18,836 nt of DNA from Candidatus Hodarchaeota archaeon (GCA_029856365.1 JAHQWW010000075.1:1-18836), one strand, 5' to 3'; shown: positions 9,401 through 17,336, counted from the stretch's first letter. Numbers and translations are program-made. The notes: generated by a model not told the origin, from the sequence alone.

Positions 9401-11043
9401 TTTCGAAGATATTGTAAAGATTCAGAAAGTTTACTGCTTCTTTCGGAAAGTAATTCCTTCATTTTCAAGTTTAATTCGTCTACACTCGTTGTCATATCAA
9501 CTAGATTTAATTCAGAATCCTCATCGAAATTCTTTTCAATATCAGAGACCTGTTGTATCATTTCCAAGAAAGAATTGGAAGTTTGCTCTATTAATGGTTG
9601 AATCTGCTGTTCTAGATCTTGTATTACTTTATTAATTGTCTTTGAGCCTTCTTGAATGATAGTAGTTCTATTGCCTTCTAAAAGGGAAAAAATGTCTGTT
9701 TCTAATTTTAGCAACTCTTCTATTCCATTACTGTATTGGGCTTGAATAAATATTTCTAATTTTTCAAATAACTGAGAAATATCGATACTTAATTTTTCTT
9801 GGAAAGAAGATACATGTGCGGTTACATCAGTGTTTATACCCATCAGTCCTTCGGTCTGAATCGATTCAAATCCCTCTGATCCTTTAACTAATTCCTCTTT
9901 GGTATTCATTAATACTTCAGTTAAAGCTGATGTTATGTTTTCAGAGTTTAGTTTCTCTTTTGCTTCATCAAACTTATTTGTTGTTTCGATAATTGACTGT
10001 AACATTTCTGTCAAGTTTTTCCAAAGATTTTCATTAATCTTATTCGCTGAATCAATGACCGAAAAAGAACTCTTGGATGTTCGCTCACTGAAATCTTGAA
10101 CCATCTCGTGGATAGATTTTAACGATTCTTCCCCTAAATCAATGAGATTCATCTGGATTTTTTCAATTTGTTGGTTAATAATGGTCAACTTATCAGAAAC
10201 TTTCTTAGTTATTTCTTCTCCGATTGAATTAAGATCATCCTGACTTGAGAGTTTATTTTGCTCAATATTTCTGCTTGTTTGTTCGTTGATAGTTGAAAGG
10301 GTTGAATTTAAGTTCTCTGTAGTGTTTGTAACTTGATGCTGAAGTGTTTGTATTGATTGTCTCATTTGGGAAAAAAGACTATTCAAACTTTCGATTCTTT
10401 CTGAATAGATTTCAGTTATTCTTTCAAGGTGTTGTTTTCTTTCTTCTATCCGAGACTCCTTGATATTTTTCAGATTTACTTCAAGCATAGCAATATTTTT
10501 ATGGACTTCTGTTTCTAAATTGCTAGAAAATTCGGTGATCACATTCTCTAATTTTTTAGAATTCACTTGATTTTGATTTGAAACTTGATTTTTGATCTGT
10601 CGCAGAATTTCAGTAGTTTTGGTCTTTATTTGCTCCATATAAGCCCGAATATGAGATTGAAATTCTTTTTCAGATTTTGAGACTAATTCTGGCCCCTTTT
10701 GAATATCATTTACTATATTAATTAATTCTTTTTGCCCTTCTTCCCATTTATTTTTGATTTCTTCCTTAATTTGGTTTAATTCACTTTCTACTTGCCGATC
10801 AATTTCACTAGTTACTGCGATTGCTGGAGCTAATGCGATGTACTGAGGCACTTTCCCTGGGATCACTCTTATGAATTTTTTCTTTTCTAATCCATCTAAA
10901 GCACTTTGAATAGCTTCAAGAGCTAGATCACTAGCTAATATCATAATTTCTTCGACTGTTCGCACTGATTTAGAAACAATAATAGTGTAGACTTGGCCCT
11001 CTTCTGTTGTGAACCCTAATTGATTATACAAGTCTGTCGACAT
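6442..11043 (-). CDS. 1533-aa protein: N-terminal TrmB-like winged helix-turn-helix, about 1,320-aa alpha-helical/coiled-coil rod, C-terminal TrmB effector/PLD-like domain
   Basis: aa ~1-75 (LGFTTEEGQVYTII...IQSALDGLEKKKFIRVIPGKVPQYIALAP) fits the TrmB wHTH pattern. The middle is E/Q/S/K/I/L-rich with very few Pro and no Cys. aa ~1410-1533 (LQAMLSRTKSTIQIMVP...IQILTNVD...YAFARDGTEEAAIG...LIITTDSRLVGVLKEIIQDLW) fits a PLD-like fold without HxK. No Walker A/B motif is seen. Confidence 0.8.
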   Translation of the reverse strand: MSTDLYNQLGFTTEEGQVYTIIVSKSVRTVEEIMILASDLALEAIQSALDGLEKKKFIRVIPGKVPQYIALAPAIAVTSEIDRQVESELNQIKEEIKNKWEEGQKELINIVNDIQKGPELVSKSEKEFQSHIRAYMEQIKTKTTEILRQIKNQVSNQNQVNSKKLENVITEFSSNLETEVHKNIAMLEVNLKNIKESRIEERKQHLERITEIYSERIESLNSLFSQMRQSIQTLQHQVTNTTENLNSTLSTINEQTSRNIEQNKLSSQDDLNSIGEEITKKVSDKLTIINQQIEKIQMNLIDLGEESLKSIHEMVQDFSERTSKSSFSVIDSANKINENLWKNLTEMLQSIIETTNKFDEAKEKLNSENITSALTEVLMNTKEELVKGSEGFESIQTEGLMGINTDVTAHVSSFQEKLSIDISQLFEKLEIFIQAQYSNGIEELLKLETDIFSLLEGNRTTIIQEGSKTINKVIQDLEQQIQPLIEQTSNSFLEMIQQVSDIEKNFDEDSELNLVDMTTSVDELNLKMKELLSERSSKLSESLQYLRNVANEEFSSFGTSANMILGQMQSMLVENVGARTEEITQNFNVISSVSEDLNQISMNTQAEISRILDQFKMNIEAGNQTISETFDQDIANLAVDVTEVSEKAENEQKEQIITSKERLKALSEKIEKSTLELSRNIPTQLEEYQARHTDDFNTFDRAVKAELNKIRNRLTEINSEVTERLSKRVSLGKGGFQDIEKIVTSAMKEFDSAQKRTERLIDDQIHNLNASSESFAETINSSLNTQNLEIQRLMDTIKEDLTKSINSSYELALKNITEFSDRIKERYNTRKANLIDQLGLLLSTISTSLDESLKQSLINEFNKLNNSIVQLDQTAQAPRELEAILNVEVENFIQNLQLAFQSASESGGARIAEVINESIISEIDKTFNRLKSQSDLSNFKEIMSTHWKLASQKGSSILSQLNEELDKQSNTFLESTSSNLQNLIKALEEAQDDLKTIIDTNIQVLNLSQKEKFQEIPTKLEDNGTVIISTLKEINEKLQDSIKTITQTTNESIKEISSKTLANANDKLQDIRSLPTRIEEISTQLLKDIEGQYSNSKEIIDNLKSSSLNHLKTVEQQASSERGEFKDQIEKIYTGLQSEINSLKSKITELDKKIPHKRAQIEKEIHQAIEIFSTNVQDIIIKIETDINSGKIQLSQKVNRLYQEFQASLEAFVATAQNFISTLNSRHDTLLNQSSDFLDDRVTNSINALEIEKNTATDRHQILFKEVDQNLTSFSNTFGQIISDNVEVISNNIQESITEIQNIITEGSSSYYDDIDSILTETYSFFESKSDNVSKVLEYDVLNLTSEVDKKATQTQDTISSDLSQIIGKIPAKLGSGLSKSKKLMSLISEIQKQAMEVPIASVEETYLQPVDRVMQTLQAMLSRTKSTIQIMVPKLSMIPWDVLEQAGTRRRIQILTNVDSQETARKITQELGNVQLKHYENVEIYAFARDGTEEAAIGSDDIGVQLIITTDSRLVGVLKEIIQDLWPRGKSV

Positions 11044-11189
11044 AATTATCCCTTACTTTAGTCTCATTCTGTGTCAATCAAACCCAAAGATGGAAAATTT
11101 TATTTGTGATGTCAAAATTAAAATAATCTCAAATAGTTTTACGCGAACTTGTAAATTTATAATAACTCTGAAATTAATTATTTTGAATT
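11044..11189. promoter_or_regulatory. Divergent intergenic promoter region with a TATA-like box on the + strand
   Basis: 146-bp AT-rich gap between head-to-head genes. TTTATAAT at 11156-11163 lies about 27 nt upstream of the GTG at 11190, the spacing expected for a leaderless archaeal transcript. Confidence 0.5.
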
Positions 11190-12647
11190 GTGATAAAGCT
11201 GCAGAACGATAAACTTGCTGAAAGTATGATTCAACAACGGCAATATCAAAAGATAATACTTTCTAAACTTAAAGAAAACTTCCTACAGGGTCATAACACG
11301 GTCGTTGAGGTAGATACAGGATTGGGGAAACGTGTTCTAGCATTTCTTCTAATAAAAGATGTCCTCTCGGAACAAAGAGTTCTTCTACTCCTACACTCTA
11401 CAATTAGTTACTCTGAAACAATTCATTACTTTAAAGTGGAGTACGGTGGTTTTCGTGAATCAGAATTTCAAGCTTTTTCTTCTAAAACTTCAGGGTGGCT
11501 TAGATACAAAATTCTTGATGAAGCACGAGTGGTTGCTGCAACCCCCCAAACATTTGCAAATGCCTTTAATAAACTCCCCCAATCTAAAAAGCCAAAATTT
11601 AATGTAGTAATAATTAACGAAATAGACAAAATTGTTCGACGTCATGGAGATTCCCGTTTATTGATTTTTCCTTACAATAATCTCATTCCACATTTTGCAT
11701 ATTCTGGTGCATGGATTGTAGGAATGACGGGAACAATTCGAGACTCTCACATTCTTTATAATCAATCAAAAGATCAAATTGAGATTCAACCTGAAATTGT
11801 TTCACTTGATAAACGTATTCCTGAACTTCACATCATTCGGATGGATACACTTCTAGCACAAACTGATATTAAAAACTATATCCAGAATACTTATATTCAG
11901 CGATATCATGTGAAGGCGAGTCCTGAATTACAAACAATTTTGGATTTGATAGATCAGGGCATTAAAGACTTACGACAATTAATTATTGATGAGACTATGG
12001 AACAACATCCGACTCTTCTTGAAACAATTCCCTCGTCTCAAGTCGCACTAGTTTCTGGAATGTTAGAATCAGGTAACACTCAGAAGTATCAAGGCTTATT
12101 ACTAATACGAAAATATTGTACTGCAATGCAACCAAAAAAATTTCGAAAATTCCTCTTTCGCCTAAAGAAATTCGGGATAACCAAGGATCTCATTTATGAT
12201 TTACCTGAATATAACGCTAAGATTGACAAAGTACTCGAGCTTATTAAAAAACAACCCCAGAATTCTAAAACAGTTGTTTTATGTTCATTTCTTGATACAG
12301 CTCAAAAGCTCGAAGATGAAATTCAACAAATTGGGGTCACAACTTTTCAAGTGACTGGACAAGTTCGAAATAAGATCTCTGTACTTAACAAGTTTAAGGA
12401 AATAGAGGAAAAAGCCGTACTTGTGATGACTGCTGTGGGTGAAAGAGATATTGACCTCCCACAGGCTAATCTATTAATCGTCTATGACGTTGTCAATACT
12501 GTAAAAACGATGTATCAAAGGTTTAAAAGGACTCGTGGTGGTTTAGTCTTATGTTTATGTTATAAAAAAACCTTTGAAGAGCAAAAAGTCAATCGATTGC
12601 TTCAAGAGATTAGTAAACGCTATCCATGGTCTTCAATAATAGAATGA
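11190..12647 (+). CDS. SF2 helicase-like protein, Hef/Mph1/FANCM-like, with divergent motifs and no ERCC4 nuclease domain
   Basis: Has Q-motif RQYQ, motif I VDTGLGKR, Ib VVAATPQTFAN, II IINEID, III GMTGT, IV VVLCSFLDTA, V VMTAVGERDIDLP and VI YQRFKRTRGG, with a helical insert between the RecA lobes. Confidence 0.85.
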   Translation: MIKLQNDKLAESMIQQRQYQKIILSKLKENFLQGHNTVVEVDTGLGKRVLAFLLIKDVLSEQRVLLLLHSTISYSETIHYFKVEYGGFRESEFQAFSSKTSGWLRYKILDEARVVAATPQTFANAFNKLPQSKKPKFNVVIINEIDKIVRRHGDSRLLIFPYNNLIPHFAYSGAWIVGMTGTIRDSHILYNQSKDQIEIQPEIVSLDKRIPELHIIRMDTLLAQTDIKNYIQNTYIQRYHVKASPELQTILDLIDQGIKDLRQLIIDETMEQHPTLLETIPSSQVALVSGMLESGNTQKYQGLLLIRKYCTAMQPKKFRKFLFRLKKFGITKDLIYDLPEYNAKIDKVLELIKKQPQNSKTVVLCSFLDTAQKLEDEIQQIGVTTFQVTGQVRNKISVLNKFKEIEEKAVLVMTAVGERDIDLPQANLLIVYDVVNTVKTMYQRFKRTRGGLVLCLCYKKTFEEQKVNRLLQEISKRYPWSSIIE

Positions 12648-12689
12648 AATCTTTCAATGCACCATGTTCGTTTTTTCAAAATTAATTCA

Positions 12690-13385
12690 CTAAAGAAAGG
12701 GGATAAATCCTCCACCAAAAAAGCCAACAACTAATAAGCAACCTATTAATGAAATCCATATTTTTGGATCCCATGCGAGTACTTTTGCTCCATCTAAAAC
12801 GCCTATGGGAAGAAGATTAAACACCCCTAGAAAAACATTCAACCAAACACCAACAATTCCAATAAAATTTAATGCTAAGCCTAATGAAATCATGCTGCTG
12901 TCAAGAATTAACAAAACACCAACTCCTTGGAGGGAAAGGAATAATCCTGCAAGTATAAAATTAGTTATTGGCCCAGAAGCAGAAACTCTACCACGAATTC
13001 CCTGAGAAGCAGTGGCTTCACCCCACCAAAACACAGCTCCTGTTGCAAGAATCGGAAAACCAATTATAACACTAATTAATGTTAGAAATAGTGCTTCCTT
13101 ACTAAGCCTGTAGTAAGCTCTTGCACCATACTTGATGGCAATAAATTTGTGAGATAATTCATGGGCAAAAAAACTTACGCCTAAGACGAACAGATAGATC
13201 AGCAGTTCATCTGGTATTTTTCCTTCTTGAATGACATCGCCAAGAGTTCCTGTTAGGTAGAGAATTACGAAACTTGTAATTAACCACCCAATTCCTAGTT
13301 CAGATATTTCTTGAACAGATAGATGGAGTCTATCAAGAATAGTTTTTTTAGTGAAATCACTTTTCCAATCAGGTTTTTGATCCAT
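12690..13385 (-). CDS. Site-2 protease (peptidase M50) intramembrane zinc metalloprotease
   Basis: Has HELSH (HExxH) within a hydrophobic segment, SASGPITN and FNLLPIGVLDG (NxxPxxxLDG). Confidence 0.95.
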   Translation of the reverse strand: MDQKPDWKSDFTKKTILDRLHLSVQEISELGIGWLITSFVILYLTGTLGDVIQEGKIPDELLIYLFVLGVSFFAHELSHKFIAIKYGARAYYRLSKEALFLTLISVIIGFPILATGAVFWWGEATASQGIRGRVSASGPITNFILAGLFLSLQGVGVLLILDSSMISLGLALNFIGIVGVWLNVFLGVFNLLPIGVLDGAKVLAWDPKIWISLIGCLLVVGFFGGGFIPFL

Positions 13386-13802
13386 TCATACCTCCTCCTT
13401 GCACGTATGACTACCAGGAAGATAATGTGATCCACAGAGGATCTGTCCACATCTCGCGCAATAAAATGGTTTATGAATCTTTTTCCCACAAGTGCTGCAA
13501 AAAGCAACTTCTGGAATTTCTGGTCTTTTCTGTACCTTATCAGGGTACACCTTTACCACTTTAAAGTTCGTTAAATCAGGGGAAGCCTCATACTCAGCTT
13601 GATATCCTTTTATCCTTTCTGGTGAAAATAAGAGAGCAATAAAAATCATTCCAGTAATTGTAGTAATTATTCCTAGCGTTAACAGTCTAAATGAAGGATG
13701 AATATAGAATATAAGGCTTGAAAGAAAAAAACCAAAACTAAGGACTGTTATAACACTAAATCCGATCAAATATTTTGAGTTGAGGTTCATATTAGTCATC
13801 AT
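13386..13802 (-). CDS. Membrane-anchored AN1-type zinc-finger protein
   Basis: Two N-terminal hydrophobic helices, then CSTCGKKIHKPFYCARCGQILCGSHYLPGSHTC (C-x2-C...C-x2-C-x4-C-x2-H-x5-H-x-C, the AN1 spacing). Confidence 0.88.
   Translation of the reverse strand: MMTNMNLNSKYLIGFSVITVLSFGFFLSSLIFYIHPSFRLLTLGIITTITGMIFIALLFSPERIKGYQAEYEASPDLTNFKVVKVYPDKVQKRPEIPEVAFCSTCGKKIHKPFYCARCGQILCGSHYLPGSHTCKEEV
13390..13400 (-). promoter_or_regulatory. Strong Shine-Dalgarno sequence for the S2P gene, embedded in the 3' end of the AN1 gene
   Basis: The minus strand reads AAGGAGGAGGTA-TGA-ATG: SD motif, stop codon of the upstream gene, then the next start codon immediately. Confidence 0.7.
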
Positions 13803-14463
13803 CTAAGTTTGGAAATAAGTCTAAGATTTCTGTCAATGATGAAATAACAATTATTTCAGGAAGAATTTGTTCAAAATCTTCTTTATGAAACATTCCCTTT
13901 CTTCCAATAAAATAGATATCATTCATTTTTGCTCTTTTAAGGTCATGTAATGAATCTCCAATAAAAATAATCTCGGAGCTAGAATAATTATATTTCGATT
14001 TAACAAATTTAAAATGATCCGTACCCTTTTCAAACCCAGGCCTCCACCCAAGTATATCATCGACCATATTCAATCCATGTTTCTTAAGATAATTAGTTAT
14101 TATTGATTCAATTGTACCACTAGATATTCCTAATTTATATCCACGTCGTTTCAGTTCTCGAAGTACCACGCAGGAATCTGCAAATAGCTGTTGTTCAAAG
14201 ATTCGCTCAAGTTTCATTTTTTCGAATTCAGTTACTATTTTACCATTATCTTTTTTAGGAGCTATAATTTCCATTTGTTGAATAAATGGAAGTCCTGTAG
14301 TTTCACGATAGCTTTTCTGAGCTTCTTCGGTAGAAAATCCATAGGAATTTGTTAGAAGATATACTGCATTATTCTCTAAAAATGGCATTGAATCTACAAT
14401 GGTTCCATCGAAATCGAACATGATATACTGAGTTTTACAAAGATTTACCAATTTTTTTTTCAT
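13792..14463 (-). CDS. HAD-superfamily hydrolase (phosphoglycolate-phosphatase-like)
   Basis: Has motif I FDFDGTIVDS, motif II GISSG, Lys in FEKG and motif IV FIGDSLHD. Confidence 0.93.
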   Translation of the reverse strand: MKKKLVNLCKTQYIMFDFDGTIVDSMPFLENNAVYLLTNSYGFSTEEAQKSYRETTGLPFIQQMEIIAPKKDNGKIVTEFEKMKLERIFEQQLFADSCVVLRELKRRGYKLGISSGTIESIITNYLKKHGLNMVDDILGWRPGFEKGTDHFKFVKSKYNYSSSEIIFIGDSLHDLKRAKMNDIYFIGRKGMFHKEDFEQILPEIIVISSLTEILDLFPNLDDD

Positions 14464-14692
14464 TATTATTTGATACCTCTGTGTTATATTCCTTTGATCA
14501 GATCTTCTGTTTCTTAGTCCTGTAAAATAATAATTGATGACTTGAGCTAATCAATCAAAGTTATTATCAAATGTTTTTAAAAGTCTCTTACTAAGGTGTT
14601 CAAAAATATCTATATTAGAAATAGAAAAAGTGTGCTATCAAATCAAACCTTGAAAAAGATATATTTTTCCTTCTCTTTGGAGCAAAGTTAAA

Positions 14693-16336
14693 TTGCGCAC
14701 ATATGATACACTTTTTATGTGGTTTATGTTATTAATAGTGTTCATATTGGGTTATTTTATTTTGCTGTCTTTTTTACTACCCGAAGGATATGTAAATCAC
14801 GAATATCTCCTAATCGGGTTATTCATAACGTTACTGGGTTTAGTTATCCTGTTTATCTACTTCTTGGTGTTGAGGCGTCAACGAAAACAGATTCAAATAC
14901 ATCTTAATACTTTTCGAGAAACAGGAATGCAGGTCTTCATCGAGAAATATGAGAAACTTCTTTATAGCCGAGATATAGGTGATCTTCCTAAAATCACGCG
15001 TTTAATCTTTAATTTTAATTGTCTCGCAATTATCCAGCCTAAGAATATTGAAGAATTACAAAGAATTATTAGTCTTTGCGAACAATACAAGATCCCTCTT
15101 ATTCCCCGTGGAGCAGGAACTAGTGGATATGGTGGAGTATTACCTATAAAGAACGGTATTATCGTTATCTTAACCTTTTTTGATAAGATAATAGCTATAA
15201 ATGAGGAAAAAAATACCGTTGAAGCTGAATGTGGAGTAACTTGGGAACATCTTCGCAAATTCCTTGAATCTAAAGGGAAGACTTTGAAATCATATCCTTC
15301 ATCTGCACCATCGTCAACAATTGGTGGGTGGGTTACTCAAGGTGGATACGGTGTGGGGTCAGCCAAATTTGGCAGTGTTAATGAAAGTATTCTGAATGTC
15401 ACCGTTATTGGAAAAGAGGGAAGGGAATTCCACCTTGAAGATCCTGAGGTATTTATAGGCAGCTGCGGAAGCTTGGGTATTCTTTGGAAAGTTACTTTAA
15501 AAATAAAGAATTTTTCAAAAATAATTCACAAAATTGTCTCGTCTTCTCACCAAAACCAGTTAGTGAAAGCAATTCCAGTCTATCAAGAATTATTACCTTT
15601 TTTTTTACGTTATGATGATTATCATAATCTAATTTGGAAGAATCCTAAATCTAATCTATCACCTTGGGGGTCTCAAAATTACACTGGAGGAGTTATTTCC
15701 ATGAGTTTTCTGGAGGAAGACTGGAATCAAAGAAAATTCAATGAAATTAAAAATGAATTTCAACTCGTTGTACAATCAAATGACCTAGGCAAGACATTTT
15801 GGAATGATCGATTTGATACAATTAAACTAAAACGTAGAGGACCATTCCTCATAATAGCAGAGGTGCTTATACCAACTATTCACTTAGAGAAGATTATTGA
15901 GATACTATCTAAACGTTACGAACGAGGATCATATGCATTAGAACTTGTGTCTACATCGGATGACCTATGTGTTATGTTTGTGTGGTTCCCCGTTGATATG
16001 AGACGTTGGTCATTACCTTTTATTGGCTCTTTTACTTATGCTTATCATTGGTTAAGGTTTATCGATATTATATATTCCACTCGTCACTGGAAAGGCAGAC
16101 CTTACAGTAGTGGTCTTTGGCTTAGTGCATATTCAGGATTAATTTTCGGACAAAAATTTCATGAAATGAAACGACTAAAAAAGAAAATTGATCCTTATGG
16201 TATATTTAACCCAGGAAAAGTATGGGGTACTCGAATCCCTCGTTTCTTCCCTATTATTCCGTTATCTCTTATCTTTTGGTTTGGTATCCCTCTCGTAAGT
16301 GTTCTTTATCGAATTACCCCCAAGAAATATAGATAG
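14693..16336 (+). CDS. FAD-linked oxidoreductase (FAD_binding_4 / GlcD-VAO fold) with N-terminal membrane helices
   Basis: Has IPRGAGTSGYGG, YPSSAPSSTIGGW, FIGSCGSLGILWKVTLK and C-terminal LKKKIDPYGIFNPGK. Two hydrophobic helices in aa 1-60. TTG start, uncertain. Confidence 0.9.
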   Translation: MRTYDTLFMWFMLLIVFILGYFILLSFLLPEGYVNHEYLLIGLFITLLGLVILFIYFLVLRRQRKQIQIHLNTFRETGMQVFIEKYEKLLYSRDIGDLPKITRLIFNFNCLAIIQPKNIEELQRIISLCEQYKIPLIPRGAGTSGYGGVLPIKNGIIVILTFFDKIIAINEEKNTVEAECGVTWEHLRKFLESKGKTLKSYPSSAPSSTIGGWVTQGGYGVGSAKFGSVNESILNVTVIGKEGREFHLEDPEVFIGSCGSLGILWKVTLKIKNFSKIIHKIVSSSHQNQLVKAIPVYQELLPFFLRYDDYHNLIWKNPKSNLSPWGSQNYTGGVISMSFLEEDWNQRKFNEIKNEFQLVVQSNDLGKTFWNDRFDTIKLKRRGPFLIIAEVLIPTIHLEKIIEILSKRYERGSYALELVSTSDDLCVMFVWFPVDMRRWSLPFIGSFTYAYHWLRFIDIIYSTRHWKGRPYSSGLWLSAYSGLIFGQKFHEMKRLKKKIDPYGIFNPGKVWGTRIPRFFPIIPLSLIFWFGIPLVSVLYRITPKKYR

Positions 16337-16349
16337 GCCTTTGTAATTC

Positions 16350-17129
16350 CTAAATACAGTGATTTTCAAGAAAAGAATCTATTTTTTCAAATGCTGATTG
16401 AGCTTCTTCAGAATAGAAGAACCAACGAGCTCTTTTTTCATGAGTCCAGCGTTCTTTATAGGGACAATTCACCAATTTATCATAAATGAAATCTGGAGAA
16501 AGAATATCATTCTCATTATGAATAATTAGGGTGGGCTGAGTAATAAGAGATAATCGCCGATTTGTGAACCCAATAACCCTGTAAAGTTCGATCAACGATT
16601 CTGTTGGCCTTTTCGAATAGTAGAACTGCTCTCTCTCCTCATCAGAAACCTTTTTCATTAGTTCAGCTTCCACCTCTGAAATTGTAGAGAAGTCTTTTTT
16701 AATAAACTTGAGAAAAGGTAAAACTGTTTTAACCAATGTTGAGGGAGAATGTTGACTTGGGGATATAAGAATTAATCCGTTTATTTGGTCTCTTTCTGGC
16801 GAAGCAGCTAGCATTGTAGCTAGCACTGATCCCAAAGCTACCCCAATCACAATTATTTTAGAGTAATTCTGTAGTAAATAAAAGAGTCCTTCCCTCGCGT
16901 TTGAATACCAGTCTAGCCAAGTAGTTTGTCTCAATTCCTCTGGTACACTACCATGTCCAGGTAATAATGGAGCAATTCCAGAATAACCACAACTTCGTAA
17001 AAATACTCCTAGAGGTCGAACTTCACTTGGACTTGCCGTAAATGAATGAAGGAGTAGACATCCAACATCACTTTTGGAACCAAATCCCTTGAATTCAAAA
17101 GGAAGGGCTAATGGATCGACATCATACAT
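16350..17129 (-). CDS. Alpha/beta-hydrolase fold protein (Est30/YvaK carboxylesterase-like), probably catalytically inactive
   Basis: Has CLLLHSFTASPSEVR, APLLPGHG, TTWLDWY and ITQPTLIIHNEND. The nucleophile elbow reads GVALG instead of GxSxG. Confidence 0.88.
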   Translation of the reverse strand: MYDVDPLALPFEFKGFGSKSDVGCLLLHSFTASPSEVRPLGVFLRSCGYSGIAPLLPGHGSVPEELRQTTWLDWYSNAREGLFYLLQNYSKIIVIGVALGSVLATMLAASPERDQINGLILISPSQHSPSTLVKTVLPFLKFIKKDFSTISEVEAELMKKVSDEEREQFYYSKRPTESLIELYRVIGFTNRRLSLITQPTLIIHNENDILSPDFIYDKLVNCPYKERWTHEKRARWFFYSEEAQSAFEKIDSFLENHCI

Positions 17130-17323
17130 AAAAATGCGCTCATCACTGTTTTTTTGTGGTTAAATATGATTTTCGTCACGATTATAAAAGAATGATAAAT
17201 CACAATAATCCCCATCTGTCTTACTCTTAAATATTTATTTTAAAATAAGAACCCTTTTTAATAAAGAGAGAGTGAAAAAAGAAAATTTTAATACTTATAA
17301 TATGGTTAAGTAATTAATGGATT

Positions 17324-17330
17324 AGGTGAT
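17324..17330 (+). promoter_or_regulatory. Archaeal-type Shine-Dalgarno AGGTGAT upstream of the KaiC-like gene
   Basis: AGGTGAT ends 6 nt before the TTG at 17337, which supports that start. Confidence 0.6.
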
Positions 17331-17336
17331 CAGAAT

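Noticed and set aside
6442-11043. SMC/Rad50, chemoreceptor or phage tape-measure identity for the giant protein
   Set aside because: No Walker A/B or ABC signature, no CxxC hook, no TM/HAMP or full chemoreceptor tip consensus, and no phage genes nearby.
6442-12647. Known anti-phage system (e.g. Zorya, Lamassu, DISARM) suggested by helicase + PLD-like domain + long coiled coil
   Set aside because: No MotAB-like, SMC ATPase, methylase or active nuclease components, the PLD-like domain lacks HxK, and the context is not a defence island. A novel defence role is not excluded.
12648-12689. T-tract between convergent genes as a terminator (similar tract near 18145-18152)
   Set aside because: Plausible for archaea but indistinguishable from background in such AT-rich DNA.
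1377-13385. Eukaryote-like CAAX-processing pathway (prenyltransferase fold + ICMT-like + membrane protease)
   Set aside because: The genes are dispersed and not co-operonic, the protease is M50 rather than Rce1/Ste24, no credible CDS ends in CAAX, and each family is widespread on its own.
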